The notes under the pieces were generated by a model. The model searched no databases and had not been told where the DNA came from. It saw only the letters and a list, made by a program, of their open reading frames with translations. A stretch of 63,156 nt of DNA, the filler included, from Lenisia limosa (taxonomy: Eukaryota; Protista; Breviatea): NCBI GenBank assembly GCA_001655205.1. It is 14 parts of 14 records of this genome, joined end to end, with 100 filler letters (N's around TTAATTAATTAA, not from the genome) between each part and the next. Parts side by side here need not be neighbours in the genome. Positions count along the whole stretch, not along the records: positions 18,963 to 36,849 come from LPNZ01009822.1; positions 36,950 to 39,176 come from LPNZ01005002.1; positions 39,277 to 40,654 come from LPNZ01002019.1; 11 more parts are not named here. The stretch is one strand, 5' to 3'. Below, in pieces: positions 26,451 to 39,304 of the stretch. The translations under genes and the position numbers were made by a program. Numbering within the stretch: position 1 is the first letter of the stretch; each line of letters begins with the position of its first letter.

Positions 26451-26592
26451 TTAGGCTTTCTTCGATTCGAAAATAAACAGAATTTCTCAAATAATCGTCG
26501 GTAAATATCGATATTTCTCAAATAATCGTCGGTAAATATTGATATTTCTCAAATAATCGTCGGTAAATATCGATTTTCTCGGTCTTTTTCAG
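26451..26592. mobile_element. Family A MITE with an internally triplicated 31-bp segment
   Basis: ATTTCTCAAATAATCGTCGGTAAATATCGAT x3 (about 26482-26574) between family-A-like ends. Confidence 0.7.
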
Positions 26593-29500
26593 AAAAGGTA
26601 GGTCAGAAAAGCCATACTCTCGTAGTTAATGTCATATCACTGTTATATGTTCATCTCAAAAATGTAGTAATAGTTATATTTTAGCGTCTATAACTCTTCT
26701 GATGCATAAAATGAAAACAAGAAAAGCCATTTTTGTTTGTATCTATGGAGGTGTTTTTAAAAAAGTTAGAGAGTATCATTTTGAGACAAGATCGTTTGTA
26801 GGTGTCTCCCAATAACTATCATACAGGCCACCAATACAACTAATATCACACCTTCCATCGTCAATATTTTGTGTTATTGGAGTAATTTGGCCCGTAGACA
26901 GCAGATAGCTGGGGTGGCGCGGCTACACAGCGCAACTTCACGGGCGCGAACCGCTCTTCGGCTCGACCTCGGTCTCTGCAACGACATTCATCGGGCCAAT
27001 GCTTGTGTTTGGTCTGTTCTGTCAGATATTCGCCAAGGTGAGGGTCTTTCTCTGTTTCTTCAAATATGTTTTCATACAGTAAAAGAAGCGCAAGTAAGCA
27101 TTGAAGGATTAGAATAGGGCTTCGCTTCGGTCAAAACTATCGATATTTTACTAAACTTTTTGGACCGAGCCGAAAAGCCCATCTATATACAAAGCAAAAA
27201 GAACAAACGAAAGGTTCATTATTCTATCTTCGTTCACATTATATTTGTTAAGAAGGATTCAAGGGCTGCCTTGGCCCGATTCTTCTCGAAGCGTCACATG
27301 ACCGACTAATGGCATTGTGCGAACTCAAGAATTCGGTTTTTCTGTCAACGTCTGTCATTCCAAATTTAAAGTGAGCCTGGCACATTTTGTTTTTACATAA
27401 AAGCGTTATAGTACTTTTTTTATGGGCTTGCCGATGGTGATTCTAGTTTCAATAGAGACTTCACTGAAAAAAACAATGGTCCGAAAAGGCTGAAATACCG
27501 GGAACTGCCGGGGATTTAAAGAGAAATGTATGTGTACAGTATTGGAAACACTGACTGTGAGTCTTAATTGATTTTCCTCATATACTCTACAAGGAATCAA
27601 TGAAGACTCACAATGATCATTCTATGTCATATGATACATTTTGTCCAAGCTTCCCTATTACTTATTCATGTTCACTCCAGGTATTACGCATCCTCCGGCA
27701 GGGAAGAAGAGTGTGTCAGAGAACTAAGCGAAATGTTTTCCGTTTTTAAGGTAAAAGGCTGTTTTTTAAAAAATCATTAGTCCAGAAAAGGTCTGATATA
27801 ATTTTTAGAGTGGGCTCATACACCACACCTGAAATTACTTTGGTTAAAGGGGTAAAACATGAACGAACTGTTTTAGACCTTGATTAATAGGGATTTAATT
27901 TTTTTTGGTGTTATGTGAGCATCCATTCTATGTTATTTCAGACCCCCCCCCCCCCNNNNNNNNNNCGAGGCTTTCCGGGCTGGCTTGGGCCGGGCCAGGC
28001 TCGAAGACGGAAGTGGTGGGAGGTTGCTTTTTTAGATCTTTGGTATATCGTGTTGTATGAGGGGTTCTTGGCAAACTATTTCGAGGATTTATCGAGAATT
28101 CAGTATTTTTCGGAATCAATAGTTAAAGCAGGGTGATAATTCAGAAAATTGGCTCGGATTTTCGTTAAATTTTCTCAAAGATTGGCGCATATTGAACGTG
28201 ATTTACGCCAAAGCTTGGAGTCTTTCAAACTGAAGTAACGGGTAGTTATTAACAAAAAAAGTAATTCTTTTCAAAGAAGGTGTCTTAGAAAAATTTTCTA
28301 ACAGCATCCGGGACAATTTTCTGAATTACCACCCTTCTTTAAGCTTTTTGGATCTAATAATCTTACCCCGCCCCCTATTACGGGGACAAAATGAACGTCC
28401 ATGTCTTATTCCCAATGTAGTATGGGGTCAAAAACCAGACCAGCTGAAGTTCAAACAGCCAGTAACCAAACATGACCCTCTGATGACAACCGCAAATTTG
28501 GTGAGGGTGGGAGTATTCCATCGTCTTTCAGCCAACAGAGTTTATTTGGGTTTTTGTTTCATAAATTTTCCAATTTTACTCCCCTGTACACTAGCTAGCA
28601 GGACGGAATGCCGTGTATATCTTTTTGATTTCCGGTGTTGAAGACTGGGAGCCTTTTTTGGTTCAAGGATTCAGCATATGATCTTGTCTAATGATGTCAA
28701 ATCTCGTCCTGTTGACTCGTTTACCATTTTTTGTTTTCTGAAACCAGTTTTTGTCCTGATTGTTTTCACCTTGCTGCATTTTTCACAGTTGGCCTGGGCT
28801 TTGTTTGTTTTNNNNNNNNNNNNNNNNNNNNNNNNNNNNNNNNNNNNNNNNNNNNNNNNNNNNNNNNNNNNNNNNNNNNNNNNNNNNNNNNNNNNNNNNN
28901 NNNNNNNNNNNNNNNNNNNNNNNNNNNNNNNNNNNNNNNNNNNNNNNNNNNNCAAAGGAGAAAGTGAGCCCTCTTCCCCTGTTAACTCTTCGATTCCTCC
29001 AAGCCGCACACGCACGTATCAACTAGTGCTTTCTTTTTCCTCTCGTGATGGTTTCATGTTTTTGAAGGCTTGGTATTTTTATGTTATTCATGGTATTTTC
29101 TGAATTCTGACTTGGTGGTCCACAGCGGGGGTATTATGGGATGCTATCTGTTATCTGACAAGATAATTTCGAGATCTATAGGTGGGGAATCCATTAGGTC
29201 CAAAAAAGATCGAATCTCTCGATAAATCCCCGATAAATATCAATATTTCACGGTCTATTTTGGACAGTTTTGAACTGTAGGGAAGCCCTAGATATAGGTG
29301 TTGAGCGCCTCACCTTTCCAAAAAGACTGAACTCGCGAAAAAACCTTAATAAATATCGAAANNNNNNNNNNATGTATATCTTTTTGAATTCCAGTGTTGA
29401 AGACTGGGAGCCTTTTTGGCTCAAGGATTCATCGTATGATCTAGTTTGATGTCAATATCTCGTTCTGTTGACTCGTTCACTTTTTCATTTTTTGTTTTCT

Positions 29501-32500
29501 GGAACCAGTTGCTTGTTCTGAGTGTTAGTTTTGATGCCGCTTATGCCACATCACTGGATTCTGTTCACCTTGCTGCATTTTTCACACTTATTAACAAATG
29601 ATACTGTGCGTTTTTAATTGCATTTCATTCTTATTTTTCACAATATATTATATTACCCCCGCCAGTTAATTTTGCTGCTCCGTAGATCATTACGACAGCG
29701 GCCTTCTTTCACTGTGGTACAAAATGGTGATTGAAGTATACCTGCTTTGGTTATTGTGCCCAGATAGATTTTTTCTAACCTCTGCAGGTACGCTGGAGTG
29801 ATGGGATGCGGTGCTGCAGAAGTGACTGGCCTGGGCTTTGTTTGTTTTGTTCTTATCAACCCTTGTGTGTTGTCAGCCAACAGAGTTGATTTTGGGGGGG
29901 TTTTTTGTTGCATAAATTTCCCAGTTTTACCCCCCAGACGCTCAAAGGACTTCGAGTCACGGTAACCCTCGTGGTCTCTCCACCATACCCGAACTTCCGC
30001 CCCCTTGTCTCACTTCTGCGGCGCAGCGTACCCCTCGTACAAATGGTGGTGCTATCGCGGGAACGTCCGATTAGATCTGTTGCCTCCCAGCATCAGCAGT
30101 GGGCTGGGCTGTGTTGGTACCAGTTCCCAGGCACGCAGAAAGCTGTGACAGAGTTGTAAAGCAACTTATTGGGTGAATTACTGTCTCTTTTTTTTTATCC
30201 TTTCTTTAATTGACTCACTTATCAATTGACCTTGATTAGAAAACTCAAAAAATGGAAAGAGACACAGAAAACCACAAAGGTTTGCAACTTGTTGAAAGGA
30301 CTCTGTTGGATGTGATTATCAGGAATGTTATTTCGATATTATCTTAGACAAGTATTGATAAACACCTTCAAAAAGTTAGCATATCCTTATATTTGAATGA
30401 ATTGACCTGATTAACCCGAGCCAAGACAACTAGCTTACGATCCAGACATGGGGCAGCCCGTCAGTGCCTCTGCAGGATTCGATCATATCCGTCAGTGGAG
30501 CGACATCGTCACTTGAAGAGGTCAGCATCCAGCAATCCAGCAGTACTCTTGAGGCTCCAGAAGAGGTGGTATGAAAATGGTTTTCTATTTGTACAGTGAT
30601 ACGGTTTATATAAAACAGTAGTAGAGCTTGTGTGGGTGTTTTTATTCAGATATGCATATACAGACGTACGAGATGTTGCACACACCCAAAACATTGACTC
30701 AGTAGACAACACCGTGTACCGGAGAACCGCTTGTCTTGGACTACAATAACTCTGTTGACGGTTTTGAGGTTGGTCCATCAACTGTCACGTGGATGCTGGC
30801 ATGCTATTCTGTTTTGCACGTCAAATTGAACGTGATTCACGCCACTGTTGCCTTTTTGCTCCTTTATCAAATCGACTTAAGAGTCATTATTAGTACAATC
30901 GAATAATGCATATACCGCTCAAAGGAAGGCCTATTCTTCGATTATAAATCTGTTATCTGAGACAATTCCCTTTGCTGCTGTAACATAAGCTCTCTTGTTG
31001 ACACTGTAGATTTTGAGACGATTGGAAGTTGCCTCGGATGGAGACCTTCGCCCTCAAGGTACGTCACAATTAACTCCTCAATTTTGTGACTCCTCAATTC
31101 TAACCCCTCCATTCTACATTCTCGATTTGTGATGATGGTGGTTTTGAAAGATTATGTTGGCTATATCTCCCGAGTTCCATGGATAATACCTTCTTATCCC
31201 AAATCCAATGGTTAATGCCTTCTTTAGACTTCATCCCATTTTCCGTGGTTAATACCTTCTTTAGACTTTATCCCTAGTTCAACGTGCCTTGTTTTGGAGC
31301 CGATTCTTGGACATCTTGTGAGTCTTGATGTTATATTATTGTCTAATAATATACCCATCATTATTATAATCAGCAAATTGAAAGAATTCACCTCCCTTAT
31401 TTTCAGAATTACACAGCCCTTATTATTTTCAGCAAATTGCTGGTCACATAGTCCGTCCACATCCCCTTTGTGCCAATGTCACGGCTTTGATTAACACTGA
31501 AAAACACACTTCAAGGTGTGATCTGCTAGAAATATCTATTCAGATCTCTCAATGGGTCAACCTTTTGGACTTTATGAATCCTCCATAAATATCGATATTT
31601 AAAAATACACACGGATGCAGCCAAATCACAATATTAAAACATCAGGATGCAATCAACAAAATCACGAAATAGGCCGATTTCTCGCTGGGTGGATCTCGAC
31701 GCGTTGTTCTACGGAATGCTGGACTCCATGCCCGCTCTCCTGTCTGATGATAACTTGGGCCTTTTGGCTGCTGGCAAAATGAGGAAGGTTTACGGCGGAA
31801 TTGATTGTGTGAAGAATTAAAGAAATTGTGGAGGTAACACATGGGGTAACAGACACTATATTTACAGGTTTCAATAAGGGATTCATTTCGGTTCGAAAAG
31901 AAAAAAGGCTGAATTTCTCGTATATATTGATAGCTTATCGGTCTTTTTCTGACAACAGAATCTTCTTTGAAGAAATCCTTGATATCGGCTCATATTAAGA
32001 GTGCTAATCATTCACACGCCGTAGGTTCTGAAACAGTGTGTCCGTGCCGGGGAAAGTGTTCCGGAAGTTCTCTCTGTCATGAAGAACAAGAACAAGCTTG
32101 AGGCAGCCACTGAGGTCCTTCGAAATATGCAGGTGAGAATGGCTTTTTGCCTAAAAAGGAGTGGCACATATCAATATTTATCAGTAAGACTTGTGCAATT
32201 TATGTTTTGTTTTGTTTTCACTTTACATTGGGACATATTGTCACCAACACGCCATTTCCGAGATTTTAATTTCCAAAATATGCAATCAATTTCTTGGAAA
32301 AAAGAATCGCTTTGAGTCCCATCCATCTTTTACACAAGGGTGATCTTGTCATATGATGTTTAATGAGCGTAGGTCTGGGTCCTTTATACCCCTATGGACG
32401 AGTTTTCAGTGGACTTATCCAGACAAGCCGCGTGCCCTATTGTGAAGCTNNNNNNNNNNNNNNNNNNNNNNNNNNNNNNNNNNNNNNNNNNNNNNNNNNN

Positions 32501-33245
32501 NNNNNNNNNNNNNNTTTATAATCTTTACTACGCGTGAAGATGTGGTCGGCTTCGGCCAGATACCCTGCTTTATTGCCCATCTCAAGAGTGATGGAGTGGA
32601 CAGCCGAATAATGTGGACTGATTCGGATGCAGATACAACCTTATTTTTCCCCCTTTACATAATAACCGCTTTTAGGACTGGACGAACGCGAACAAAACGA
32701 CACTGCATGGGTCCTTGTTGCTTGTAATAGGCCAGAAAAGCATGAAGGCAAAGCGGTTTCAAAAGGCCCAGTTTTAAGAAGATGACGGTCCCATGGTTTT
32801 TGTTTCAAATGGAATAGTTTGCAATTTCACTGAAGTTGAGTTGCTCAGAAACGTTGGTATGAATGCCCCACCTATGCTACTTGAAGGGTTTAGCAACCTG
32901 ACTGCAGTATACTTAGATGGGGTTTGAGGAGAATGACCTGAAAATCACTTTTAAGCTCCCCCCTAAATGAATGATATATTTCCGTTCGTTTTCAATTCCT
33001 TAGTATATATATATATGATATATATGTATAGTGTAGTACTCCCCTAGCATACTGATTGGTTAACCCGAAAGCCATTTTGTCCCAACAAAGGTCGGTTGGA
33101 TAAACCTGCCACTTCACTAGACATTCTCGGTACCATTTAAACAAATATATACCACGACGTAGGAAATTTCCAGGAACGCACAGAATACACACACCATAAC
33201 CCCACGACCGCGAGAGAGAGAGTCTCAACATTAACACGAAAGACC

Positions 33246-33620
33246 CTAAAGACGGCCGATCCTTGATGTCAAGGCTTGGACTTGGCGCTTCGCTTGGCTC
33301 ATGTCTGGGAGCTGCCTAGGGAGGGGGGGGGGGGGNNNNNNNNNNNNNNNNNNNNNNNNNNNNNNNNNNNNNNNNNNNNNNNNNNNNNNNNNNNNNNNNN
33401 NNNNNNNNNNNNNNNNNNNNNNNNNNNNNNNNNNCAACACACGGGAAAACAACAAAAAACAGAGCTCAGACAAGTCGCTTCTGAGGTACCCTTGGTCAAA
33501 CCGACAAAGGTTTAACCGACAATATCTAACCTTGAATCCATCTGCTCCAGCGCCGATAAGGCTGAGGACGCAGCCTGGAGCGAGTGGTGGAGCATCGCTT
33601 CAATCGGCGTCATCTGGAAG
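33246..33620 (-). CDS. Last two exons of an unknown gene
   Basis: FQMTPIEAMLHHSLQAASSALSALEQMDS splices in frame across intron 33530-33316 (gttaga...ccctag) to RQLPDMSQAKRQVQALTSRIGRL*. Confidence 0.55.
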
Positions 33621-34799
33621 GTGTTAATTCCCTAGATAATGTACATATGATATGATATTTTTTTTCTCTTGTTCAAGTGTCTGGGGGTGTGTACACACGG
33701 CTTTCTGTGTGCCTCCGATATCATATGATATAGATGAGCTAGTACATATAATATTATATATGCACATTCAATTTTTCATATCGCTTACTTGGGAGTTGAA
33801 GCCCTTAGATTTTGGGCGGCTAAGATCAAGATGGGGTACCTGAAGGATCAGCTTTGAGCAAGAGAAATGGGCATATACGATGTGAAATAAAAAAGGTTGG
33901 ATCTGAACGAAGCTGTTTACTGTTGTGTATCTGTTGGGTGATGAAACATAAGATGACATCTTATGTTTCATCACCCAATGTTATGCCTTACAATTCGGTA
34001 CACAGAACACATTAACACAATCAACTAACTTTCAAGTTTATTTTTTTTTTTTTTTTGCAAAAAAGCTCATATCTTTTAAAAACACACTGACCATAGTAAG
34101 TCTTAACCGATTTCTTACATACTATATGATAGATATCCCACGGAAAATCGGTCAAGACTAATCACGCCACCGTTAATACTAGATACTATATATTGTATAA
34201 ACACTACAGGAAAGAAAAAGCTCTCGAGAACAAGGGCAAGCTTGTATGGAGCCCTCCTTCCCACGGAAGATTCGGACGGGTTACTTTTCTCCACTCGCCT
34301 CCTGGGTCTTCTTGGTTTGCCTGTGAACATAAGTAGGGCTTCACTTCGCTTCAAAAAAAAAAGACTGAATGTCTTGATAAATCCTCAAGAACTATCGATA
34401 TTATACACATTTTTTTGGACCCTAAGCTTCTCTTAGTCCAAAAAAAGTCAAATATTGACACGTCTCGAGGATTTATCGAGAAATTGAAACGTACACACAT
34501 ATGATGATGTACATAGAGTACCTACAATATCANNNNNNNNNNNNNNNNNNNNNNNNNNNNNNNNNNNNNNNNNNNNNNNNNNNNNNNNNNNNNNNNNNNN
34601 NNNNNNNNNNNNNNNNNNNNNNNNNNNNNNGAAAAGGAATCCGCCTCACCGCTTTTCTATAATTTTGAATCAAAAGAACCAATTGTTATTTGCATCTCAT
34701 ACCATATGTAGTATTTATAGCATATAGCTACATGTATAAACGTATAATCTAGCAACAAATAAGTACATAATCCCATTTGAACTAAAAAACAAGCTCATT

Positions 34800-34915
34800 C
34801 GAATTGGCTCCCACCTTATGCGGGGAGTCACAATTGGCACATGTATTGGACCTTCTGTTGACTGTTGAACAGAAGAATCCGCGATAGTAACACACTTCGC
34901 AAATCGTCGCACTCT
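34800..34915 (-). CDS. Cys-rich (zinc-binding-like) exon
   Basis: ESATICEVCYYRGFFCSTVNRRSNTCANCDSPHK|gtggg, with two CxxC pairs. Confidence 0.4.
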
Positions 34916-37072
34916 CACCGGTCTTGAAAAAGTGCAAACTGAACAATGATATTTTGGAACCTAGGTTTTCGACAATAGACTGAATTTCTCGAAAATCAAT
35001 ATAATATCCCTGTATTAAGATGAGAAATAAAACAAGGCTGTATCTGGCCGAAGTTGTCCCATCATCACTCGCCAACGTTTTCTCATACGGGACAGAGAGC
35101 GATTTCGGTATTTTTCGGTTCCATCGATTTTCTTTTTGGCTGCTGCTCATGGTCGATGCTCTGTACTCCTCTCTGTAGAATGAGTTTCATCTTTTCTTGC
35201 TTCCAGAAGAAGATGTATGCTTGTTTTGAGTTAAATGCAATCTAGAATAGAGAAACAATGTACAGGAGAAATCCAAAATGCATATCAATTTCCAAACTTG
35301 ATTCCTCACACCAGCGGGATAATTGTGATTTTTGTGCTCGAAATGGAATAAAGCCCCCTCCTCCTTGGGTTAGAAACATAAACAAGTTTATTATTTCTCC
35401 CTAGTTGAGCCCCTCCCCCCAGCGCCGTCCCCACAAACTCGAAGCACTTTTCAGTGCCTCTAGTGTGTTGAGCGGCAAGGTGCTCGTAGTCGCCCAGACA
35501 GTTGTCATAACAATAGTCGTCGTAGTCTCCTAGATGCATGACGTCGATAAACAAGAAAACAAAACAAAACGGGAGAATCTGGTCGAAGCTATCAGGGTAT
35601 ATATTATCCCTAGATTTATAAAATAACTTTTTGTGTCATTTTCACATGTGAAATTTTTTTTTTCCACGCAGTGATATGATACCTCATATCCACTTGTATA
35701 ATAATTGATCGACAAGTCTCAATGCCACTCTGATATACACGGGATAAACCTGATCACATGGAGAAATCGGGAATCTGGAAATCTAGATTATTCAAAATAG
35801 ACTTTGTTTTTTTGATTCCCTTTCCACCCATTCCGCGTTTTAGCCAGTTTGAGGTTTGAATGCTTGTATTATCAATGTTCCAGGTATTCCAGCCAGACCA
35901 TCCAGATAATTATTTTCGGTGTTTTATCACTCTTCCAGATTATAATTTATCGTGTTTTATCTATTCTTCAAACAGTAATACAAAATCCAAATAAAAACAT
36001 ATCAATTGGAAAAAAAACCCATTTTCCAGATTTCCAAGATTACAGAAAAATTCCAGATTCCAGATTACCCTTTCACCCGTATGGTATACTTTGTGCAATT
36101 GAACATTTCGGACTAATTTCAAAAATGGAACTTAATTCTTGAAAAAATTAATTGCACAGAGCCTAATAATAGCACAGCATTGTAGATAAAAACAAGAAAC
36201 GAAGCCAACCCAAGCTGAAACCACGAATCCCAACCAACTTGGTGTCATAGTTTGGGGAATGAAAGGAGTCTTCTTGCTGCTGTGGTTTTTTAGTGTGTTT
36301 GAGAAGAGGGAAGAGGCCTGGAAGGCCAATGGAAAGCAGCTATGTTGAACGCGCCGAATTTTGCGCGTACACGTAATCTATAAATTTGTTTGTTTTGGAA
36401 AAGTAAGCTCTTTTTTTCAGCCATTTTGGCAAATACCGCATATATAATATAGTTTAGTTTGGGGAATAGCAAGTAGTTTGTGATAGCACCCTAGTTGGAG
36501 GGATTTATAGTGGGTAGCGAAGCTTTGCTTTCGTCAGGGACTCGTGAATACTCTTACAAGGCATAATGCGTGACTATGTAAGCGAGAGGTATCATTTTTG
36601 TTTTCTTTCATCTTTCATCATTCTCGCTCTTCAAGGGGTTCTTCGCAGCCTTCTCTATTCCAATCTTCGATCTTTTGCTTATTTAACCCTATTCAGCGCA
36701 GCTCACACGGCCCATCAGGCCCTGGCCTCGAACAACGGGTGATGACTCCAGGAGAGGTTTGTTTTGGCGGGTGCCTGTTGGGGGTTCTGATGGTTGCCTT
36801 CTTCCCCTGCTTTTATTGCTAATTTTGTTCTGAAAATGGTATTAAGCTGNNNNNNNNNNNNNNNNNNNNNNNNNNNNNNNNNNNNNNNNNNNNTTAATTA
36901 ATTAANNNNNNNNNNNNNNNNNNNNNNNNNNNNNNNNNNNNNNNNNNNNTTCCAGTAAACGTCCCGTGCACGCGCTTCGGTATACCCGACTTGTCCCCCG
37001 ACGTTTTCTGCCCGTCGTCTAGAATGGGGCATACTGTGACTAAGCTTGATGACGATAATATCCTGGTGGGGG

Positions 37073-37160
37073 TGGGGCTTCACTTCGGTCGAAAAAAGAC
37101 TGAATTTCTCGATAAATCCTCGAAAACTATCGATATTTTCCCGAACCGAATTGAAGCCCA
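37073..37160. mobile_element. Family A MITE
   Basis: GGGCTTCACTTCGGT...ACCGAATTGAAGCCC with a degenerate 8-bp TSD (GGTGGGGG / AGTGGGGC). Confidence 0.85.
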
Positions 37161-38514
37161 AGTGGGGCTCATCTTGTTTTGTTGCATTTTCATTTCATTT
37201 CATTTTCATTGTCAGTTTAGTTCACTTCCATTTCTGCCTCTCACAACCAGGTGTACGGCGGATGTCGGGGCTCAAGCGATATTGGACCGGTCACGTGCCA
37301 GCCCAACAATCTTGTCGATGACGTGGCGTGGCTCTACACGATTTCAAGCAAGGAGTGGACATACATCGTGGGGAGCATGGCTATTTCCCCTTTACCCCAA
37401 ATTCTGTAAATAGTCTTCCCAGCGCGACCATCACTGGCCAAAATATTTTTCATCCACTTTCTAATTTTTAAATAGTGTTTGTATATATCTGATTGGGATA
37501 AGTCTTGACCGATTTGCTGTATGAATTCTGAAGGAAAATTGGTCAAGACTTATCCTGGTCACCGTATATATTTCTTTTATTGTTCAAAACCCTCCCCCAC
37601 CCCCAGTTTTTGTTTTTTTGTTTGGAGTTTGGATTATTCGGTTCGTGATTAGTACCTTTATGCCAATTCTTCCTCGACTTCGTTTGGGATGCGGTGCTCA
37701 GAAGCGACTGGGCTTTGTTTGTTTTGTTTTTATCAACCCTTGTGTGTTGTTAGACAATAGAGTTGATTTGGGTTTTTTTTGTTTCATAAATTTTCCAATT
37801 TAACTCCCCCCCACCCCCAGGGCATGGACGTTCCAACGACATTCAACATGTGCCCCGAACTTCCTATGGAACTTCTCAAACCGCGCGCGTTCCACTCGGC
37901 TCACCTTATCATGCACCAGGGGACGTACGGGCTGTTGTTGATCGGAGGATTGATGAAATCTGATATATGTAAGGGGGGTATTTCTTTATATGATCGATAT
38001 GATATAGCTATATTTTTTTTTGGGATATTAGTAGCAATATGATATTCAGGAGGTCCTCAATTAAAAACTCTCCCCGTGATTCCTTTTCCCGTCGTCTTTC
38101 CTTCGGATTTTCCCATGACGTTACAGTGATGATGTCCAATTCCATTGAATTCCAGGATGACGTTCGTGAAAGCCACACGTATAAGGTATTTTTTTTTTTT
38201 TTTTTTTTCCTCAGTTTTTTTTNNNNNNNNNNNNNNNNNNNNNNNNNNNNNNNNNNNNNNNNNNNNNNNNNNNNNNNNNNNNNNNNNNNNNNNNNNNNNN
38301 NNNNNNNNNNNNNNNNNNNNNNCTCCCTCCCTGGTTCGTCTCAGGATTTTGTTTCTCTTGTTTCTAAATCAAAAACTGTATTACCCCCCTCCTCCCACCC
38401 CATGAGATGCGGTGCTGCAGAAGCGACTGGCCCGGGCTTTGTTTGTTTTGATGTTATCAACCCTCGTGTGTTGCTCGTGTTTGTTATTGCTTGCTTTTGT
38501 TTTTTGTTAGGAGT

Positions 38515-38724
38515 TTCAGATTATTCGGTTTGTGAGTACCTTTACGCCAATATTCTTCATCGAAATTTCCTATCTTACGCTGGAGTGATAGGATGCGGTG
38601 CTGCAGAAGCGACTGACCTGGGCTTTGTTTGTTTTGTTATCAACCCTTGTGTGTTGTTAGCTACAGAGTTGATTTGGGTTTTTTTTTGTTTCATAAATTT
38701 TCAAATTTTACCCCCCCCCCCCCC
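38515..38724 (+). repeat. Family C/D dispersed repeat, longest composite copy
   Basis: TACGCCAATATTCTTCATCGAAATTTCC (D block), then TACGCTGGAGTGATxGGATGCGGTGCTGCAGAAGCGACT.GCCTGGGCTTTGTTT...CAACCCTTGTGTGTTG...CAGAGTTGATTTGGG...CATAAATTTTC.AATTTTAC(C)n (C block). More than 15 full or partial copies in the window. Confidence 0.9.
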
Positions 38725-39304
38725 NNNNNNNNNNNNNNNNNNNNNNNNNNNNNNNNNNNNNNNNNNNNNNNNNNNNNNNNNNNNNNNNNNNNNNNNNNNN
38801 NNNNNNNNNNNNNNNNNNNNNNNNNNNNNNNNNNNNNNNNNNNNNNNNNTGTCCCTCTTGACCGTAAGGGGGGTCTTCTTCTCATTATTATGATTATTAT
38901 TTTTCTTTTTCTTCATCACCAACATCATTATTATTATCATTATCAACAACAACAGCAACATCATCACCATTGTCGTCACCAATCATCATCATCTTCATCT
39001 TTTTCTTTTTCTTCTCCATCATCATCATTCTGATGACCCAGCAATGGGCGATTGTTTCGGAACAGAGGGTGCCATCGGGGTGATGCGTAACGATGAATGG
39101 CTAGACAACTCATATCGACGAGCCGGACCGGTGGGAGTTATTGGCTTTTTTAGGCTGTTTTGTTGTTATTTGTGTTNNNNNNNNNNNNNNNNNNNNNNNN
39201 NNNNNNNNNNNNNNNNNNNNTTAATTAATTAANNNNNNNNNNNNNNNNNNNNNNNNNNNNNNNNNNNNNNNNNNNNAATAAAGGAGGGTTACTTCAAACT
39301 GACA

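Noticed and set aside
26905-27040. CAAX/CPBP protease exon (LGWRGY)
   Set aside because: The required upstream EE and downstream H motifs cannot be spliced in. It may be an exon, but the family call is unsupported.
34800-34915. Rubicon-homology zinc domain
   Set aside because: Only the CxxCxxxGFxC part resembles it; the next Cys pair and spacing do not fit, and neighbouring exons give no support.
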